Below, in pieces: positions 56,901 to 64,000 of a stretch of 64,000 nt of DNA. Under the pieces are notes generated by a model. That model ran no database searches. It saw nothing but the letters and a program-made list of their open reading frames with translations, and was not told where the DNA came from. The translations under genes were made by a program, and so were the position numbers. The DNA is from Eledone cirrhosa (lineage: Eukaryota), in contig OZ024741.1 in assembly GCA_964016885.1 (NCBI GenBank), positions 22,320,001 to 22,384,000 on the forward strand. The letters are read 5' to 3'. Position 1 is the first letter of the stretch. Each line of letters starts with the position of its first letter.

Positions 56901-59900
56901 ATGTCATAAACTCTTTCATTACCATGTCTAGTGAAAGACACTACCTATGTCATTAACCCTTTGATTACCATATTTCTAATGAAAGACATTACCTATGTCA
57001 TTAACCCTTTCATTACCATATTTCTAATGAAAGACACTGTCTATGTCATTAACCCTTTCATTACCATATGTCTAATGAAAGACACTACCTATGTCATTAA
57101 CCCTTTCATTACCATATTTCTAATGAAAGACACTACCTATGTCATTAACCCTTTCATTACCATATTTCTAATGAAAGACACTGTCTATGTCATTAACCCT
57201 TTCATTACCATATTTCTAATGAAAGACACTATCTATGTCATTAACCCTTTCATTACCATATTTCTAATGAAAGACACTACCTATGTCATTAACCCTTTCA
57301 TTACCATATTTCTAATGAAAGACACTACCTATGTCATTAACCCTTTCATTACCATATTTCTAATGAAAGACACTGTCTATGTCATTAACCCTTTCATTAC
57401 CATATTTCTAATGAAAGACACTGTCTATGTCATTAACCCTTTCATTACCATATTTCTAATGAAAGACACTGTCTATGTCATTAACCCTTTCATTACCATA
57501 TTTCTAATGAAAGACACTATCTATGTCATTAACCCTTTCATTACCATATTTCTAATGAAAGACACTGTCTATGTCATTAACCCTTTCATTACCATATTTC
57601 TAATGAAAGACACTGTCTATGTCATTAACCCTTTCAGTACCATATTTCTAATGAAAGACACTACCTATGTCATTAACCCTTTCATTACCATATTTCGAAT
57701 GAAAGACACTGTCTATGTCATTAACCCTTTCATTACCATATATCTAATGAAAGACACTGTCTATGTCATTAACCCTTTCATTACCATATTTCTAATGAAA
57801 GACACTATCTATGTTATTAACCCTTTCATTACCATATTTCTAACGAAAGACCCTGTCTATGTCATTAACCCTTCATTACCATGTTTCTAATGAAAGACAC
57901 TGTCTATGTCATTAACCCTTTCAGTACCATATTTCTAATGAAAGACACTACCTATGTCATTAACCCTTTCATTACCATATTTCGAATGAAAGATACTACC
58001 TATGTCATTAACCCTTTCATTACCATATATCTAATGAAAGACACTGTCTATGTCATTAACCCTTTCATTACCATATGTCTACTGAAAGACACTGTCTATG
58101 TCATTAACCCTTTCATTACCAGATGTCTCATGAAAGACACTGTGTATGTCATTAACCCTTTCATTACCATATTTCTAATGAAAGACACTGTCTATGTCAT
58201 TAACCCTTTCATTACCATATTTCTAATGAAAAACACTACCTATGTCATTAACCCTTTCATTACCATATTTCTAATGAAAGACACTGCCTATGTCATTAAC
58301 CCTTTCATTACCATATTTCTAATGAAACACACTGTCTATGTCATTAACTCTTTCATTACCATATGTCTAATAACAGACACTGTCTATGTCATTAACCCTT
58401 TCATTACCATATTTCTAATGAAAGACACTACCTATGTCATTAACCCTTTCATTACCATATTTCTAATGAAAGACACTACCTATGTCATTAACCTTTCATT
58501 GCCATATTTCTAATGAAAGACACTACCTATGTCATTAACCCTTTCATTACCATATTTCAAATGAAAGACACTACCTATGTCATTAACCCTTTCATTACCG
58601 TATTTCTAATGAAAGACACTGTCTATTGCATTAACCCTTTCATTACCATATTTCTAATGCAAGACACTACCTATGTCATTACCCCTTTCATTACCATATT
58701 TCTAATGAAAGACACTGTCTATGTCATTAACCCTTTCATTACCATATTTCTAATGAAAGACACTGTCTATGTCATTAACGCTTTCATTACCATATGTCTA
58801 ATGAAAGACACTACATATGTTCTTAACCCTTTCATAACCATATTTCTAATGAAAGACACTACCTATGTCATTAACCCTTTCATTACCATATTTCTAATGA
58901 AAGACACTGTCTATGTCATTAACCCTTTCATTACCATATTTCTAATGAAAGACACTACCTATGTCATTAAGCCTTTCATTACCATTTTTATAATGAAAGA
59001 GACTGTCTATGTCATTAACCCTTTCATTAACATATGTCTACTGAAAGACACTGTCTATGTCATTAACCCTTTCATTACCATATTTCTAATGAAAGACACT
59101 GTCTATTGCATTAACCCTTTCATTACCATATTTCTAATGAAAGACACTGTCTATATCATTAACCCTTTCATTACCATATGTCTAATGAAAGACACTGCCT
59201 ATGTCATTAACCCTTTCATTACAATATTTCTAATGAAAGAGACTGTCTATGTCATTAACCCTTTCATTACCATATGTCTACTGAAAGACACTGTCTATGT
59301 CATTAACCCTTTCATTACCATATTTCTAATGAAAGACACTGTCTATTGCATTAACCCTTTCATTACCATATTTCTAATGCAAGACACTACCTATGTCATT
59401 ACCCCTTTCATTACCATATTTCTAATGAAAGACACTGTCTATGTCATTAACCCTTTCATTACCATATTTCTAATGAAAGACATTGTCTATGTCATTAACC
59501 CTTTCATTACCATATTTCTAATGAAAGACACTACCTATGTCATTAACCCTTTCATTACCATATTTATAATGTAAGACACTGTCTATTGCATTAACCCTTT
59601 CATTACAATATTTCTAATGAAAGACACTGTCTATGTCATTAACCCTTTCATTACCATATTTCTAATGAAAGACACTGTCTATGTCATTAACCCTTTCAGT
59701 ACCATATTTCTAATGAAAGACACTACCTATGTCATTAACCCTTTCATTACCATATTTCGAATGAAAGACACTGTCTATGTCATTAACCCTTTCATTACCA
59801 TATATCTAATGAAAGACACTGTCTATGTCATTAACCCTTTCATTACCATATTTCTAATGAAAGACACTATCTATGTTATTAACCCTTTCATTACCATATT

Positions 59901-62900
59901 TCTAACGAAAGACCCTGTCTATGTCATTAACCCTTCATTACCATGTTTCTAATGAAAGACACTGTCTATGTCATTAACCCTTTCAGTACCATATTTCTAA
60001 TGAAAGACACTACCTATGTCATTAACCCTTTCATTACCATATTTCGAATGAAAGATACTACCTATGTCATTAACCCTTTCATTACCATATATCTAATGAA
60101 AGACACTGTCTATGTCATTAACCCTTTCATTACCATATGTCTACTGAAAGACACTGTCTATGTCATTAACCCTTTCATTACCAGATGTCTCATGAAAGAC
60201 ACTGTGTATGTCATTAACCCTTTCATTACCATATTTCTAATGAAAGACACTGTCTATGTCATTAACCCTTTCATTACCATATTTCTAATGAAAAACACTA
60301 CCTATGTCATTAACCCTTTCATTACCATATTTCTAATGAAAGACACTGCCTATGTCATTAACCCTTTCATTACCATATTTCTAATGAAACACACTGTCTA
60401 TGTCATTAACTCTTTCATTACCATATGTCTAATAACAGACACTGTCTATGTCATTAACCCTTTCAGTACCATATTTCTAATGAAAGACACTACCTATGTC
60501 ATTAACCCTTTCATTACCATATTTCTAATGAAAGACACTACCTATGTCATTAACCTTTCATTGCCATATTTCTAATGAAAGACACTACCTATGTCATTAA
60601 CCCTTTCATTACCATATTTCAAATGAAAGACACTACCTATGTCATTAACCCTTTCATTACCGTATTTCTAATGAAAGACACTGTCTATTGCATTAACCCT
60701 TTCATTACCATATTTCTAATGCAAGACACTACCTATGTCATTACCCCTTTCATTACCATATTTCTAATGAAAGACACTGTCTATGTCATTAACCCTTTCA
60801 TTACCATATTTCTAATGAAAGACACTGTCTATGTCATTAACGCTTTCATTACCATATGTCTAATGAAAGACACTACATATGTTCTTAACCCTTTCATAAC
60901 CATATTTCTAATGAAAGACACTACCTATGTCATTAACCCTTTCATTACCATATTTCTAATGAAAGACACTGTCTATGTCATTAACCCTTTCATTACCATA
61001 TTTCTAATGAAAGACACTACCTATGTCATTAAGCCTTTCATTACCATTTTTATAATGAAAGAGACTGTCTATGTCATTAACCCTTTCATTAACATATGTC
61101 TACTGAAAGACACTGTCTATGTCATTAACCCTTTCATTACCATATTTCTAATGAAAGACACTGTCTATTGCATTAACCCTTTCATTACCATATTTCTAAT
61201 GAAAGACACTGTCTATATCATTAACCCTTTCATTACCATATGTCTAATGAAAGACACTGCCTATGTCATTAACCCTTTCATTACAATATTTCTAATGAAA
61301 GAGACTGTCTATGTCATTAACCCTTTCATTACCATATGTCTACTGAAAGACACTGTCTATGTCATTAACCCTTTCATTACCATATTTCTAATGAAAGACA
61401 CTGTCTATTGCATTAACCCTTTCATTACCATATTTCTAATGCAAGACACTACCTATGTCATTACCCCTTTCATTACCATATTTCTAATGAAAGACACTGT
61501 CTATGTCATTAACCCTTTCATTACCATATTTCTAATGAAAGACATTGTCTATGTCATTAACCCTTTCATTACCATATTTCTAATGAAAGACACTACCTAT
61601 GTCATTAACCCTTTCATTACCATATTTATAATGTAAGACACTGTCTATTGCATTAACCCTTTCATTACAATATTTCTAATGAAAGAGACTGTCTATGTCA
61701 TTAACCCTTTCATTACCATATGTCTACTGAAAGACACTGTCTATGTCATTAACGCTTTCATTACCATATTTCTAATGAATGACACTAGCTATGTCATTAA
61801 CCCTTTCATTACCATATTTCTAATGAAAGACACTACCTATGTCATTAACCCTTTCATTACCATATTTCTAATGAAAGACACTGTCTATATCATTAACCCT
61901 TTCATTACCATATTTCTAATGAAAGACACTGTCTATGTCATTAACCCTTTCATTACCATATTTCTAATGAAAGACACTGTCTATGTCATTAACCCTTTCA
62001 TTACCATATTTCTAATGAAAGACACTAACTATGTCATTAACCCTTTCATTACCATATTTCTAATGAAAGACACTACCTATGTCATTAACCCTTTCATTAC
62101 CATATTTCTAATGAAAGACACTGTCTATGTCATTAACCCTTTCATTACCATATTTCTAATAAAAGACACTACCTATGTCATTAACCCTTTCATTACCATA
62201 TTTATAATGAAAGACACTGTCTATTGCATTAACCCTTTCATTACCATATTTCTAATGAAAGACACTGCCTATGTCATTAACCCTTTCATTACCATATTTC
62301 TAATGAAAGACACTGTCTATGTCATTAACCCTTTCATTACCATATTTATAATGAAAGACACTGCCTATGTCATTAACCCTTTCTTTACCATATGTCTAAT
62401 GAAAGACACTGCCTATGTCATTAACCCTTTCATTACAATATTTCTAATGAAAGAGACTGTCTATGTCATTAACCCTTTCATTACCATATGTCTACTGAAA
62501 GACACTGTCTATATCATTAACCCTTTCATTACCATATTTCTATTGAAAGACACTATCTATGTCATTAACCCTTTCGTTACCATATTTCTAATGAATGACA
62601 CTAGCTATGTCATTAACCCTTTCATTACCATATTTCTAATGAAAGACACTACCTATGTCATTAACCCTTTCATTACCATATTTCTAATGAAAGACACTGT
62701 CTATGTCATTAACCCTTTCATTACCATATTTCTAATGAAAGACACTGTCTATGTCATTAACCCTTTCATTACCATATTTCTAATGAAAGACACTATCTAT
62801 GTCATTAACCCTTTCATTACCATATTTCTAATGAAAGACACTGTCTATGTCATTAACTCTTTCATTACCATATGTCTAATAACAGACACTGTCTATGTCA

Positions 62901-64000
62901 TTAACCCTTTCAGTACCATATTTCTAATGAAAGACACTACCTATGTCATTAACCCTTTCATTACCATATTTCTAATGAAAGACACTACCTATGTCATTAA
63001 CCTTTCATTGCCATATTTCTAATGAAAGACACTACCTATGTCATTAACCCTTTCATTACCATATTTCAAATGAAAGACACTACCTATGTCATTAACCCTT
63101 TCATTACCATATTTCTAATGAAAGACACTGTCTATTGCATTAACCCTTTCATTACCATATTTCTAATGCAAGACACTACCTATGTCATTACCCCTTTGAT
63201 TACCATATTTCTAATGAAAGACACTGTCTATGTCATTAACCCTTTCATTACCATATTTCTAATGAAAGACACTGTCTATGTCATTAACGCTTTCATTACC
63301 ATATGTCTAATGAAAGACACTACATATGTTCTTAACCCTTTCATAACCATATTTCTAATGAAAGACACTACCTATGTCATTAACCCTTTCATTACCATAT
63401 TTCTAATGAAAGACACTGTCTATGTCATTAACCCTTTCATTACCATATTTCTAATGAAAGACACTACCTATGTCATTAAGCCTTTCATTACCATATTTAT
63501 AATGAAAGAGACTGTCTATGTCATTAACCCTTTCATTAACATATGTCTACTGAAAGACACTGTCTATGTCATTAACCCTTTCATTACCATATTTCTAATG
63601 AAAGACACTGTCTATTGCATTAACCCTTTCATTACCATATTTCTAATGAAAGACACTGTCTATGTCATTAACCCTTTCATTACCATATTTCTAATGAAAG
63701 ACACTGTCTATTGCATTAACCCTTTCATTACCATATTTCTAATGCAAGACACTACCTATGTCATTACCCCTTTCATTACCATATTTCTAATGAAAGACAC
63801 TGTCTATGTCATTAACCCTTTCATTACCATATTTCTAATGAAAGACATTGTCTATGTCATTAACCCTTTCATTACCATATTTCTAATGAAAGACACTACC
63901 TATGTCATTAACCCTTTCATTACCATATTTATAATGTAAGACACTGTCTATTGCATTAACCCTTTCATTACCATATTTCTAATGAAAGACACTGTTATAT
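23934..64000. repeat. 48-bp satellite array (>830 units, open-ended) with higher-order repeat structure
   Basis: Consensus ATTACCATATTTCTAATGAAAGACACT(GT/AC)CTATGTCATTAACCCTTTC. Recurring diagnostic 46- and 47-bp monomers and substitution strings. Explains all MKDTVYVINPFITIFL ORFs. Confidence 0.99.

Noticed and set aside
23965-63939. Very long ORFs (up to 1057 aa) of MKDTVYVINPFITIFL repeats as a repetitive membrane or structural protein
   Set aside because: A 48-bp unit with one stop-free frame produces these automatically. Frameshifting 46/47-bp monomers and stop variants are propagated in the higher-order repeats, and there are no unique termini or splice structure.
10538-64000. CRISPR array, or an RT-plus-repeat system such as a DGR or retron
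   Set aside because: The repeats are head-to-tail with no unique spacers, there are no cas genes, the context is a spliced eukaryotic gene, and the RT is an ordinary RTE LINE with a 3'UTR and tail.
23934-64000. TAACCC in each monomer as a telomere-derived repeat
   Set aside because: There is only one hexamer per 48 bp and it is never tandem. It is better explained by TTAA plus the CCC transposon terminus.

Overview
AT-rich eukaryotic (animal) genomic DNA. The repeat families look like those of octopus/coleoid cephalopods, but that assignment is recalled, not searched. Bases 1-10.5 kb hold four phase-compatible GT-AG coding exons of a minus-strand polypeptide GalNAc-transferase gene (GALNT11/pgant35A-like). 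Its introns are packed with nested TE relics: RTE, CR1 and CRE-like LINE pieces, tRNA-derived SINEs, non-autonomous Helitrons, a Helitron helicase relic and a TTAA-flanked piggyBac-type MITE. About 50 bp upstream of the acceptor of the first coding exon the sequence becomes almost pure satellite. An 18-bp array (10.5-23.9 kb) carries a young 5'-truncated RTE LINE and a micro-inversion. A 48-bp array with higher-order structure follows and runs off the window (23.9-64 kb). All long repetitive ORFs are satellite artefacts. Main observations: (i) the 48-bp monomer matches the terminus of the TTAA MITE 19 kb away, suggesting a satellite born from a transposon end; (ii) both satellites appear to lie in a giant (>53 kb) 5' intron of the GALNT gene; (iii) a second, unrelated 48-bp minisatellite is visible at several copy numbers in RTE 3'UTRs. 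No new protein-coding system, CRISPR array or RNA gene is supported.
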